From assembly GCA_046760505.1 (NCBI GenBank), contig JBHIEG010000045.1, positions 1 through 10,285 on the forward strand: a stretch of DNA of 10,285 nucleotides, in the 5' to 3' direction. A program made the position numbers and the translations under genes. Source of the DNA: Candidatus Hydrothermarchaeota archaeon. Lineage in GTDB: Archaea > CAYFZR01. How positions within the stretch are numbered: the stretch's first letter is position 1; every line of letters starts with the position of its first letter. Below the pieces are notes generated by a model, which saw only the letters and a program-made list of their open reading frames with translations, had not been told where the DNA came from and searched no databases. Below, in pieces: positions 1 through 6,517 of this stretch.

Positions 1-33
1 AAAGAAAAGATTATTGAAAAGGAGATGAATTGA
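1..33 (+). CDS. 3' end of an upstream gene (partial, ...KEKIIEKEMN*)
   Basis: Frame open from base 1 to TGA 31-33, which directly abuts the ATG at 34. Confidence 0.35.
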   Translation, partial: KEKIIEKEMN

Positions 34-141
34 ATGTTTTATTGTCAATATTGTAATGAGCCATTTTATGATAGGTCAGAATTAACAAAACATGAATCAG
101 TTTGTAATTATCATAATAGAAAAGAAGTGAATATTAAATGA
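34..141 (+). CDS. 35-aa single zinc finger microprotein (C2H2-fold, C2HC variant)
   Basis: MFYCQYCNEPFYDRSELTKHESVCNYHNRKEVNIK matches F-x-C-x2-C-x3-F-x5-L-x2-H-x3-C; GGAGA SD at 21-25; stop overlaps the next ATG (ATGA 138-141). Below the ORF track cutoff. Confidence 0.8.
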   Translation: MFYCQYCNEPFYDRSELTKHESVCNYHNRKEVNIK

Positions 142-251
142 AAAAACAAGACAAAGAAAAGATTAAGCAATTACTCAAATGCGATTATTGCGATGGGATA
201 GATGTTAAGTGCAGTCTCTATGAGATTGGAAAGTGTATTAAGAATGAATAA
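138..251 (+). CDS. 37-aa four-cysteine microprotein (putative metal binding)
   Basis: MKKQDKEKIKQLLKCDYCDGIDVKCSLYEIGKCIKNE, C-x2-C-x6-C-x7-C; ATGA-coupled to the previous ORF and overlaps the next ATG at 244. Confidence 0.6.
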   Translation: MKKQDKEKIKQLLKCDYCDGIDVKCSLYEIGKCIKNE

Positions 252-395
252 TCTTAAAACTAAACAAAAGATTATTGAAGAATATCTGTGAAGATACCCA
301 AAGGATTTGAAGAAAAGTTCAACCGACTAGAACCAGAGCAGAAAGAGAATTTAAAAATAAAACTGTCATCTGTCATCGCAGAAGAATTAAGATAA
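244..395 (+). pseudogene. Small, possibly ribbon-helix-helix-like gene split by a frameshift (or two tiny ORFs, 244-291 and GTG 288-395)
   Basis: ATG244 gives MNNLKTKQKIIEEYL*; the -1 frame reads RISVKIPKGFEEKFNRLEPEQKENLKIKLSSVIAEELR* to TAA 393-395. One extra A near 278-279 would fuse them. RISVKIP resembles an RHH beta strand. Confidence 0.35.
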
Positions 396-749
396 AAAAC
401 TGATTTTCTTGGGGGGATCTGGAGTATCTACTCTTAACTTCTTTATGACAGCTTTCTTCCCTCTTCCTCTCCTGAAACAGAAAACGAAGAAAGTCGGTAT
501 CCCAAACTTTTTCCATATCTCATACAATCTCTGCCATTGAAACTTGTCTTTTTTTCCGAAATAGAATGTGCTAAACTTCTTATGCCTTGATTTAACTTGT
601 AAGAGTTGGATATCATAGCTATTTCCCTTCGGTTTTATACATACAAGATCAGATTCCCCATAACTTGAACTGGCTCTGAAGACTAACCAATTTTCTTCCT
701 TTAATTGATTCCTGATCTTATCTTCACTATAATATCCTCGTTTAACCAT
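387..749 (-). CDS. hjc: Archaeal-type Holliday junction resolvase (Hjc family, PD-(D/E)xK nuclease)
   Basis: RG..SE.KI...L.EENWLVFRASSS.G.SDLV...LLQVKS follows the Hjc pattern (G-x3-E, FR-x-x-x-S, D-L-V, E/Q-V-K). ATG at 749 (MVKRG) fits family length better than the TTG at 797, which lies inside a structured RNA. Confidence 0.85.
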   Translation of the reverse strand: MVKRGYYSEDKIRNQLKEENWLVFRASSSYGESDLVCIKPKGNSYDIQLLQVKSRHKKFSTFYFGKKDKFQWQRLYEIWKKFGIPTFFVFCFRRGRGKKAVIKKLRVDTPDPPKKISFLS

Positions 750-755
750 ATAAAC

Positions 756-845
756 CAGACTAATGGACCGCAGTATTATGACGGGAAGGTATAGCAAAAC
801 CCGCCACTATCTCACGATAGCAGGATACTGCGTTTATCCAGTCTA
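756..845 (-). ncRNA. Structured RNA with canonical bulge-helix-bulge motif (candidate 71-nt archaeal intron, 833-763)
   Basis: Minus strand: UAGACU/AGUCUG outer helix, GGAU/GUCC 4-bp helix, AAA (835-833) and AUU (764-762) bulges, CGCAGUAU/AUACUGCG inner helix, enclosing CUAUC-GUGA-GAUAG (GNRA loop) and UGGCGGG/CCCGUCA. G-U pairs and the GNRA loop fix the strand. Confidence 0.75.
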
Positions 846-1505
846 ACCATAGAACCCTTTATCTAAAAATTTGTTTAATATATTCTTCATCTTTAGTCTG
901 AACACGTCAAGATCATCCTTCGAGCCAAATTCTTTTATTGCTCTACCCATTGCCAATGTACAGCCGAGCCAAATATTGAAAACCTCGTTAACATCGTTTG
1001 ATTTTAGCATTTCATAAACTTGCCACTTACTTTTTTTCTTTATCGGTATCTGAGCTAGCGGAGTGTCTATCCTCTTAATTTTTTCTATCACCCTGATTGT
1101 CGCCCCTGCTAGCGATAACATAAAATTCATTAACATACCGTTCTTAGCGGATTGTATCAAATCGTGTATCCTGTTTTCTGGTATTTGTAATTCTCTAGCC
1201 CAGTTTTTTAAAATATCTTTTTTCCTTTTCAAACTTGTTCCACAGTTTGGACAATTATCTTGAGTTTCTATGTCTATCTCTCCTTTACAGTTATCACACC
1301 TCGTTAAGAAATTTTTGACCTTGTTTGGGTTTATCTGCCTCCCGATTGAAATACATAATTTTCGGTTATAATGACCAGTCTTAGTTGATTTCTCTGGTAA
1401 TAATGATATGTAAATATAAGGGTCGTATAAAAGTAAAGTTCTATCCGAGCCCAACATAAACCAAATATCTTCCCTAAGTTTTTTGTATTTCGGCATTAAA
1501 ATCAT
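843..1505 (-). CDS. Hypothetical protein with zinc ribbon
   Basis: 220-aa ORF with CDNC...CPNC; ATGA overlap with the upstream gene at 1502-1505. Confidence 0.8.
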   Translation of the reverse strand: MILMPKYKKLREDIWFMLGSDRTLLLYDPYIYISLLPEKSTKTGHYNRKLCISIGRQINPNKVKNFLTRCDNCKGEIDIETQDNCPNCGTSLKRKKDILKNWARELQIPENRIHDLIQSAKNGMLMNFMLSLAGATIRVIEKIKRIDTPLAQIPIKKKSKWQVYEMLKSNDVNEVFNIWLGCTLAMGRAIKEFGSKDDLDVFRLKMKNILNKFLDKGFYG

Positions 1506-1753
1506 AACCTGAAATGTTTTATCCTTCCTTCTTTCAGATCAATTATCTCCATAATTTCATCCACTACTAATCGTTCTCCCCCAATAAAAACCTCTTTAGA
1601 TGAAAGTGATGGACGGCGGTATTCTCCATAAGTAACGAGTATTCTTTCCTCGTTAATCTCGATTAAAAAGGGCTTTTTTGTCTTCCTTACTCTATTCAAT
1701 GCTATGTTCCATAGTTCTTTTTCATGTTTTCTTTCTAATCTCATAGTTTCCAC
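1502..1753 (-). CDS. Hypothetical protein (83 aa)
   Basis: Fills the gap between MCM and the 220-aa gene on the same strand; GTG start 9 nt after the MCM stop (alternative ATG at 1744). Confidence 0.75.
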   Translation of the reverse strand: METMRLERKHEKELWNIALNRVRKTKKPFLIEINEERILVTYGEYRRPSLSSKEVFIGGERLVVDEIMEIIDLKEGRIKHFRL

Positions 1754-1762
1754 AGAACCACT

Positions 1763-3823
1763 CTAGACTTTTTCTAAGAATCCGGGTTTTATCTCGAACA
1801 GTATGCCCTCATTCTTCATCTTTGTTATCAGTTGTTCTATCTTGAAGATGGTAAGATCAGGATACATCTTGTTAACTTCGCTCACTAAATCTTGTTTGGG
1901 AACTGGTTGTTTGTTCATTACATTCTTCAAATCTGTGAATACTTTTCCTATTATTTCCATCTGTGTAAGTTGTGTCTTGCTCAATCTTCCCTCTGTCATA
2001 GGTATTGATATCTCTCCGGTTTCAGGTACAAAACCGAACTGTTTGAGGGAAGTGACTAAAAGCCTCTTGGATTCTTTAAAGTCTTCCATATCCGCATATT
2101 TTTTAAGTCTTAACTTTGCTATCGATTCTGTCAACCTTCTCATCGTCTCCAAGACTCTCGGGGTTATGTTAATTTCTTTCTCTTTGCTCTTCTCCCTTAG
2201 TGCGAGATAGTATCGCCTCATCTCTTCTTTAACATCTTCATTTATGACGGGTTTTTGTTGTCTGGCATAGAGTATGTATTTGAGTAGCAACTCTTTCTTG
2301 ATGGGAGCTTGTGGTTGTTCTGCCCCAAGAAGTAGGTTGGAAATTTTTTCATCCCTCTCCATTTCTATAATGTCTTTGATTGCCCACAGTAGGTCGAATC
2401 TTTGTAGTATAACAGTTTTGTCTGTCTTGTCTGAAAATTTCACTTGGTCGATATAGGGAATATAAGCATCGAAGTATCCATACTGTGGGTTCATAACTGC
2501 TATTAGTGGTGTGTTTATCTTCATCGTCGCCACTATTCCTGCTTTTGCTAGATTAATTTGTTGCTGGCTCAATGCTGTCTTCAAATCTTGTAAATGCTCT
2601 TTCTTAATCGCTTCAAACTCATCAATTATGAGAAGACCCGATGATGCCTGGACTAATGCCCCCCCTTTCAATAAGAATATGCCCAAATCTGGATCCTTTT
2701 CCAACGCAAACCCCAAGCCAACTTTAGTGATATTCCCACTTGTAATGTAAACACATCTTGGAAAAAATTGTTGTAGGTAAAGGTTTATGGTCGATTTCCC
2801 AGTTGCTGGTTCGCCACACCAAAGTTGATGGATTTCTTTTCTCCTGAATACCCCCCCTTCTGTATATTCGTTACCACCAACCAATTGTAGTAACGTGCTC
2901 TCTTTAACATAATTCAAACCAGATATGCCTGGACAGAAAGAATCGACAAGAAGTTCCAGAATATTATCTTTATTCGATAATCTTTTTATTTTCTTTACAT
3001 CATTTTCTGTTATCTCAACGCTTATATCTCCCATCACGTTTATACAAATTGCTTTGACCATAGCCCTGTTTCCTACTTGTGCGACGAAACCAATCACAGT
3101 CACATTCTTACCTGGCAGATATCTCTTCTTCATCGGATCTGTCGTATCCATTAGTTTTCCAAACAGGATAATAGCGACAGATGTCGGAGTGGCCATCGTT
3201 TGCATGGGTTCGACTAACTTTAACAATTGATAAGGCTCACGCTTCTGTTTTTTCTCAATCTCGACAAAGACTCTATGTTTTTCACAGGCCTCACAGTAGA
3301 GCCTTTTTTCTTTGTTTGTTTGGAATATTTCTCGCTTTACAGTTCTTACAAAGTCGCATTTGGGGCATTGATATACACTCTCCTTAACATACGATTGAGG
3401 ATGACTAACATATTGTATTCTCCCTTCGAGTTTTACTAACTTTCCATCATACTTCGGTAGGAAACAGTCCTCTAAATGAACCTCAATATCTTCTGGGAAA
3501 TTATCAAAAACTAGTATTTCTCTCACAAAATCCAACAGAACTGTTTTCTTATCCTCTGTATCTGGCACGACATAACTCTCCAAGAAAAGTTTTAAAGTAT
3601 CATTCTCGATAAAACAATTTATAATGAGATTGTATATTTTTTCAGGTTCTTCTTTAAATTCTTTCCAGAAATCAATGTCTTGTGCCATACAGAAGTTCTG
3701 GAGCGAGGATAAGTCGATAGTTGCTCTCCCTTTTTTTATTTCCTGTCCAATCTTCTTTAGCCGTTCCTTACCATTATCGTAAACCCAGTTTATGAATAGG
3801 TCTTTAATTTCTTGATCTTTCAT
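1763..3823 (-). CDS. mcm: MCM replicative helicase
   Basis: Zn finger CPKC...CEAC, Walker A GEPATGKS, GGALVQA, Walker B IIDEFE, QQQINLAKAGI, MNPQYG, arginine finger QRFDL, sensor-2 ITPRVLE, C-terminal winged helix. Full length, no intein. Confidence 0.97.
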   Translation of the reverse strand: MKDQEIKDLFINWVYDNGKERLKKIGQEIKKGRATIDLSSLQNFCMAQDIDFWKEFKEEPEKIYNLIINCFIENDTLKLFLESYVVPDTEDKKTVLLDFVREILVFDNFPEDIEVHLEDCFLPKYDGKLVKLEGRIQYVSHPQSYVKESVYQCPKCDFVRTVKREIFQTNKEKRLYCEACEKHRVFVEIEKKQKREPYQLLKLVEPMQTMATPTSVAIILFGKLMDTTDPMKKRYLPGKNVTVIGFVAQVGNRAMVKAICINVMGDISVEITENDVKKIKRLSNKDNILELLVDSFCPGISGLNYVKESTLLQLVGGNEYTEGGVFRRKEIHQLWCGEPATGKSTINLYLQQFFPRCVYITSGNITKVGLGFALEKDPDLGIFLLKGGALVQASSGLLIIDEFEAIKKEHLQDLKTALSQQQINLAKAGIVATMKINTPLIAVMNPQYGYFDAYIPYIDQVKFSDKTDKTVILQRFDLLWAIKDIIEMERDEKISNLLLGAEQPQAPIKKELLLKYILYARQQKPVINEDVKEEMRRYYLALREKSKEKEINITPRVLETMRRLTESIAKLRLKKYADMEDFKESKRLLVTSLKQFGFVPETGEISIPMTEGRLSKTQLTQMEIIGKVFTDLKNVMNKQPVPKQDLVSEVNKMYPDLTIFKIEQLITKMKNEGILFEIKPGFLEKV

Positions 3824-4885
3824 CTAAATCCTCAAATTTATGGTTTTTTCTCTGAATGTTTCAGGGTCTAAATCTATACTCACTATTCCTATCTTTTCCA
3901 TCAGAAGAACCCATTTCCTGAGTGTTGAGTACGCCCATTTTTTACCCTTCTTTTTCTTCAAAAAATTGTGAAGAAGGGAGATGCTACTGATGTGCCCTTC
4001 AAACTCATCCCTTATAATCTGATAGAGATACTTTAGGATAACTCTTCTCGATTCGTCTCCTATCTTCTCCCTAAGAACGTTCTCGAAGTAGGTTTTTTTC
4101 AGGGTAAGTGATACGAATTCTCTGTCTAGTTTCTTATTTCTTTTAAGTTCAATTGCCTTCATCAGACAAATATCACACGCTATCAATACATTCCTCGGTA
4201 TGCCGTTTGATATATAGTGTATTTCTTTCAGAGCTTCTTTTGTGAAGGGATAAGTTTCTCCAACCTTGTCATCAGTCCTTGCTTTCTTGAGTCTTTTTTT
4301 GATTAAGAGTGTTGTCTCTTCCAGAGAAAAGGTTTCCAAGTTAAAAGGCATGAACTTACCAAGAACGAGGCTTATATCTTCAAAGATGTTGTAATGTTCG
4401 GTGTTCATCGCCACTATCAGCGAGCATTTTTTGTATCTGAGGGTGTATTCAATGAATTCAGCTACATCCGCCATCTGCGACCTCGTAATCATATCGGGAA
4501 AGTCAAGAAAAAAATAGGGTTTTTTTATTTCAAAAAATTTTTTTAGGTTTGAACTGCTATCATTTGTAATTTTTCCTGTTATGATCTTGTTAAGGTATAT
4601 ATCACCCTCTTTTAGCTTCCTCACCTCGTTTCCGGGAACGTAGAATGTCGATAGGTTGCCTCCATGCTTGTCTATCATTTCTTTACAGAGGAAGAGTGTG
4701 CTTGTTTTCCCGCTACCTCGCTCGCCTTTTATTAGATAATAGAGGGGACTTATAGCCCCAAACGATAGTTCTAGTCCTGTTAGGAGTGTTTTTTGGGTCG
4801 GAAGAACGATGAATGGTTCCGATTTGAAGTCGTTGTAGTCAACGACTGTTTTTCTGAAGAAGGGATTTTCCTTTAAGAGAAACAT
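3824..4885 (-). CDS. AAA+ ATPase with C-terminal winged helix; putative Orc1/Cdc6-like initiator or helicase loader
   Basis: Walker A GERGSGKT, atypical Walker B YFFLDFPD, lid motif SNGIPRNV, C-terminal helix plus wing (YSTLRKWVLLMEKIGIVSI); stop abuts the MCM ATG. The initiator role is inferred from architecture and context. Confidence 0.75.
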   Translation of the reverse strand: MFLLKENPFFRKTVVDYNDFKSEPFIVLPTQKTLLTGLELSFGAISPLYYLIKGERGSGKTSTLFLCKEMIDKHGGNLSTFYVPGNEVRKLKEGDIYLNKIITGKITNDSSSNLKKFFEIKKPYFFLDFPDMITRSQMADVAEFIEYTLRYKKCSLIVAMNTEHYNIFEDISLVLGKFMPFNLETFSLEETTLLIKKRLKKARTDDKVGETYPFTKEALKEIHYISNGIPRNVLIACDICLMKAIELKRNKKLDREFVSLTLKKTYFENVLREKIGDESRRVILKYLYQIIRDEFEGHISSISLLHNFLKKKKGKKWAYSTLRKWVLLMEKIGIVSIDLDPETFREKTINLRI

Positions 4886-4908
4886 AACTAATAATAATTA
4901 TTAACTTA

Positions 4909-4923
4909 TTTATAAAGATTTCG
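4909..4923 (-). promoter_or_regulatory. Archaeal BRE-TATA promoter of the ATPase-MCM-hjc operon (probably leaderless mRNA)
   Basis: Minus strand CGAAATC-TTTATAAA ending 23 nt before ATG 4885, with no SD in between. Confidence 0.6.
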
Positions 4924-5036
4924 ATAATTGAAATATTGAAATAGGTGAAATAAATTGTAAATATGATAATTAAAATGAGGTTATTACTAGGAAAATTTTT
5001 TTGTGAAACAATGATTATTTCAAATATTTCAATTAT
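4924..5036. repeat. 20/21-bp inverted repeat flanking a 72-bp AT-rich spacer; candidate replication origin
   Basis: ATAATTGAAATATTGAAATA (4924-4943) is the reverse complement of TATTTCAAATATTTCAATTAT (5016-5036) apart from one gap; extra TGAAAT unit at 4946-4951; lies just upstream of the ATPase-MCM operon. Confidence 0.6.
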
Positions 5037-5081
5037 TCTTTATTTCTTATATAAAAAATTCTCTTTATATATATACGGGAC

Positions 5082-5118
5082 TTATCGTACTTAAAACTTA
5101 TTTCATTTATCGCACTTA
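5082..5118. repeat. 12-bp direct repeat TTATCGYACTTA
   Basis: TTATCGTACTTA 5082-5093 and TTATCGCACTTA 5107-5118, 11/12 identical, 25 bp apart. Confidence 0.5.
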
Positions 5119-5197
5119 TTTTTTCAGTAAACTTTATAAACTATTGCATCAAAATATTAAGAACCGAGCAAAAGGAATTGAAGATTGATCGAACGGT

Positions 5198-5358
5198 TTA
5201 TAAATCCCTTCTAGAAAGAATTTCTTCAAAACGATCAAGGTCCTCTTTAACTATTTCTTCACAATCCTCTAGCAACCCCCTCAGATTTTACTCTTGATAG
5301 TATTCGATTTAAGGACCGAATGCAACCGTATCAACAGGTCGGACCGTCTAACTTCCAT
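5198..5358 (-). pseudogene. Small helical hypothetical gene (about 53 aa) broken by a one-base frameshift
   Basis: ATG5358 gives MEVRRSDLLIRLHSVLKSNTIKSKI*; the adjacent frame reads NLRGLLEDCEEIVKEDLDRFEEILSRRDL*. One more A in the A4 run (5286-5289) fuses them. TTTAAATA box ends 25 nt upstream of the ATG. Confidence 0.4.
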
Positions 5359-5364
5359 AGTTAC

Positions 5365-5391
5365 TTTATAGATATAAAATATCTATTTAAA
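5365..5391. promoter_or_regulatory. Palindromic operator overlapping two oppositely oriented TATA-like boxes
   Basis: Perfect ATAGATAT-AAA-ATATCTAT at 5368-5386; TTTATA on plus at 5365-5370 and TTTAAATA on minus at 5391-5384. Confidence 0.5.
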
Positions 5392-5456
5392 CTAACGGGG
5401 ACAGTAGGGTTGCGATGAACAATAGAATTTTGGACTTTTAACCCATAAAATAGAGA

Positions 5457-5550
5457 GGAGATGCCCACCACTCATCTGTGGTCATCATGTGAACCTTGGC
5501 TGTATCTCATCGTGCAGTAAGACGAAGAAGAGCAACTAGTCAGCATCTCC
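5457..5550. ncRNA. Candidate 94-nt structured small RNA
   Basis: GC-richer island closed by GGAGATGC/GCATCTCC; internal hairpins ACCAC-TCATCT-GTGGT and GCTGTAT-CTCATC-GTGCAGT. G-U pairs favour plus, but a TATA-like box at 5580-5573 would suit minus. Confidence 0.45.
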
Positions 5551-5591
5551 GTTTTAAGAATTGTATTTGAAATATAAATATTTTTTAACAG

Positions 5592-5608
5592 AAAAAGTAT
5601 AAAAAAAA
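5592..5608 (-). terminator. Oligo-T archaeal terminator
   Basis: TTTTTTTTATACTTTTT on minus, 5 nt after the stop of the 44-aa ORF, ending the long upstream gene run. Confidence 0.55.
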
Positions 5609-5613
5609 TTACT

Positions 5614-5748
5614 TCAGGCTGACTTCTTCTCATAATACTTCTGTTTCTTTCTCCATTTCTTGAGCAGCCTCTGATTCCTCTCAATTATCTCCTCTTTCTG
5701 CTTGACGTGTTTCAGTACTCGTTGGTATCCTGTCATATTTGTTTTCAT
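5614..5748 (-). CDS. 44-aa basic helical microprotein (not in ORF track)
   Basis: MKTNMTGYQRVLKHVKQKEEIIERNQRLLKKWRKKQKYYEKKSA; starts 19 nt after the peptidase stop, purine-rich like neighbouring genes, followed by a T-tract. Confidence 0.7.
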   Translation of the reverse strand: MKTNMTGYQRVLKHVKQKEEIIERNQRLLKKWRKKQKYYEKKSA

Positions 5749-5767
5749 TACTTATTAAATGGTAAAA

Positions 5768-6517
5768 TTAATGTATAGACACAATTTTTCTTCTCTTTAA
5801 TGGCGGAACCAACTTTAGAGACCCATCTCCCTCGAAACGGAAAATGTTCACACAAACAGGATAATCGGCATTTGCTCGGTCCAACGATTCTTTTATGGTC
5901 ATGCCTTGACTCGTGTAATTAAAAAAAGAACCCAGCCATTCACGGCTAACATCCCAACATAATTCTCCTCTTGAGTCGCCAAGACCACATCCCCCAACTA
6001 CAGCCGTGTTTTTGTTAGATCCTTTACGGAACTGATATGATAATGTATTGTTTCCTTGCTCACACATAGAATCACACCCATGTAAAAATGTGAATGGAAT
6101 TTTTGAATAATTTTTCATCCAATCACTGATATTGTAGTACCATATATCCCCATCTTCTGCCTCAAAAACCCTGTAGCTGCCATGGGCTATTACAAACAAG
6201 GATGCTGTGTCATCATGTTGTATTATTGATTTTATTTCTTCATGCGTAAAGTTTACTGAAGTTTCGTTGATATTATATCCCATTTTTTTAAACCAGCTTG
6301 TCACAATTTCAGCTCGCTCATACCAGTTGTCCCCGTCCCCGGTATAGCCCATCGAGATAGAATAAGCGTTTGGTTGAGCAAACAATAATGATACTAAAGA
6401 AGTTTCAATAGCAATCAACATCCCTAAAACAAATAGAAAAATGATGACGAGTATTCCGACCCCCCTTAGCATACAGGTCATAATCCTCATTCTAGTCGCA
6501 AAGTTGTATGGCTTCAT
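5768..6517 (-). CDS. Membrane-anchored/secreted clan CD cysteine peptidase-like protein (gingipain C25/caspase fold)
   Basis: N-terminal hydrophobic helix; LFVIAHG (His) and FTFLHGCDS (Cys) each at the end of a hydrophobic strand; C-terminal FEGD-x-x-L-x-L like the C25 GDP motif; six N-x-S/T sequons. True start may be a later Met (6490 or MLRGVG). Confidence 0.7.
   Translation of the reverse strand: MKPYNFATRMRIMTCMLRGVGILVIIFLFVLGMLIAIETSLVSLLFAQPNAYSISMGYTGDGDNWYERAEIVTSWFKKMGYNINETSVNFTHEEIKSIIQHDDTASLFVIAHGSYRVFEAEDGDIWYYNISDWMKNYSKIPFTFLHGCDSMCEQGNNTLSYQFRKGSNKNTAVVGGCGLGDSRGELCWDVSREWLGSFFNYTSQGMTIKESLDRANADYPVCVNIFRFEGDGSLKLVPPLKRRKIVSIH

Noticed and set aside
750-797. 16-aa N-terminal extension of Hjc from TTG 797
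   Set aside because: Start lies in a hairpin loop of the structured RNA, and Hjc similarity begins at MVKRG.
756-845. Twister, hammerhead or hairpin ribozyme
   Set aside because: UAAUACUGC-GGUCC superficially recalls twister, but the pseudoknot partners are absent; no CUGANGA/GAAA core. BHB explains the pairing better.
1063-3439. Plus-strand ORFs 1063-1263, 1803-2210, 2274-2456, 2511-2750, 2925-3230, 3181-3387, 3227-3439
   Set aside because: Antisense shadows of the 220-aa gene and MCM; F/S/I/L-rich composition expected from reverse-complemented K/E-rich genes.
5281-5351. BHB intron explaining the frameshift in the 5358-5198 gene
   Set aside because: A hairpin exists (TTGATA/TATCAA, GTATTCG/CGAATGC), but no 4-bp helix with 3-nt bulges can be drawn.
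5457-5550. tRNA or standard C/D box guide
   Set aside because: No T-arm adjacent to the 3' stem and no D-arm; box C and D-like words occur in the wrong order.
5472-5684. 70-aa minus-strand ORF in the track
   Set aside because: TTG start inside the better 44-aa ORF; runs through the T-tract terminator and the structured island.
4886-5767. CRISPR array or canonical ORB boxes
   Set aside because: No regularly spaced 24-40-bp repeats and no ORB consensus with a G-string.
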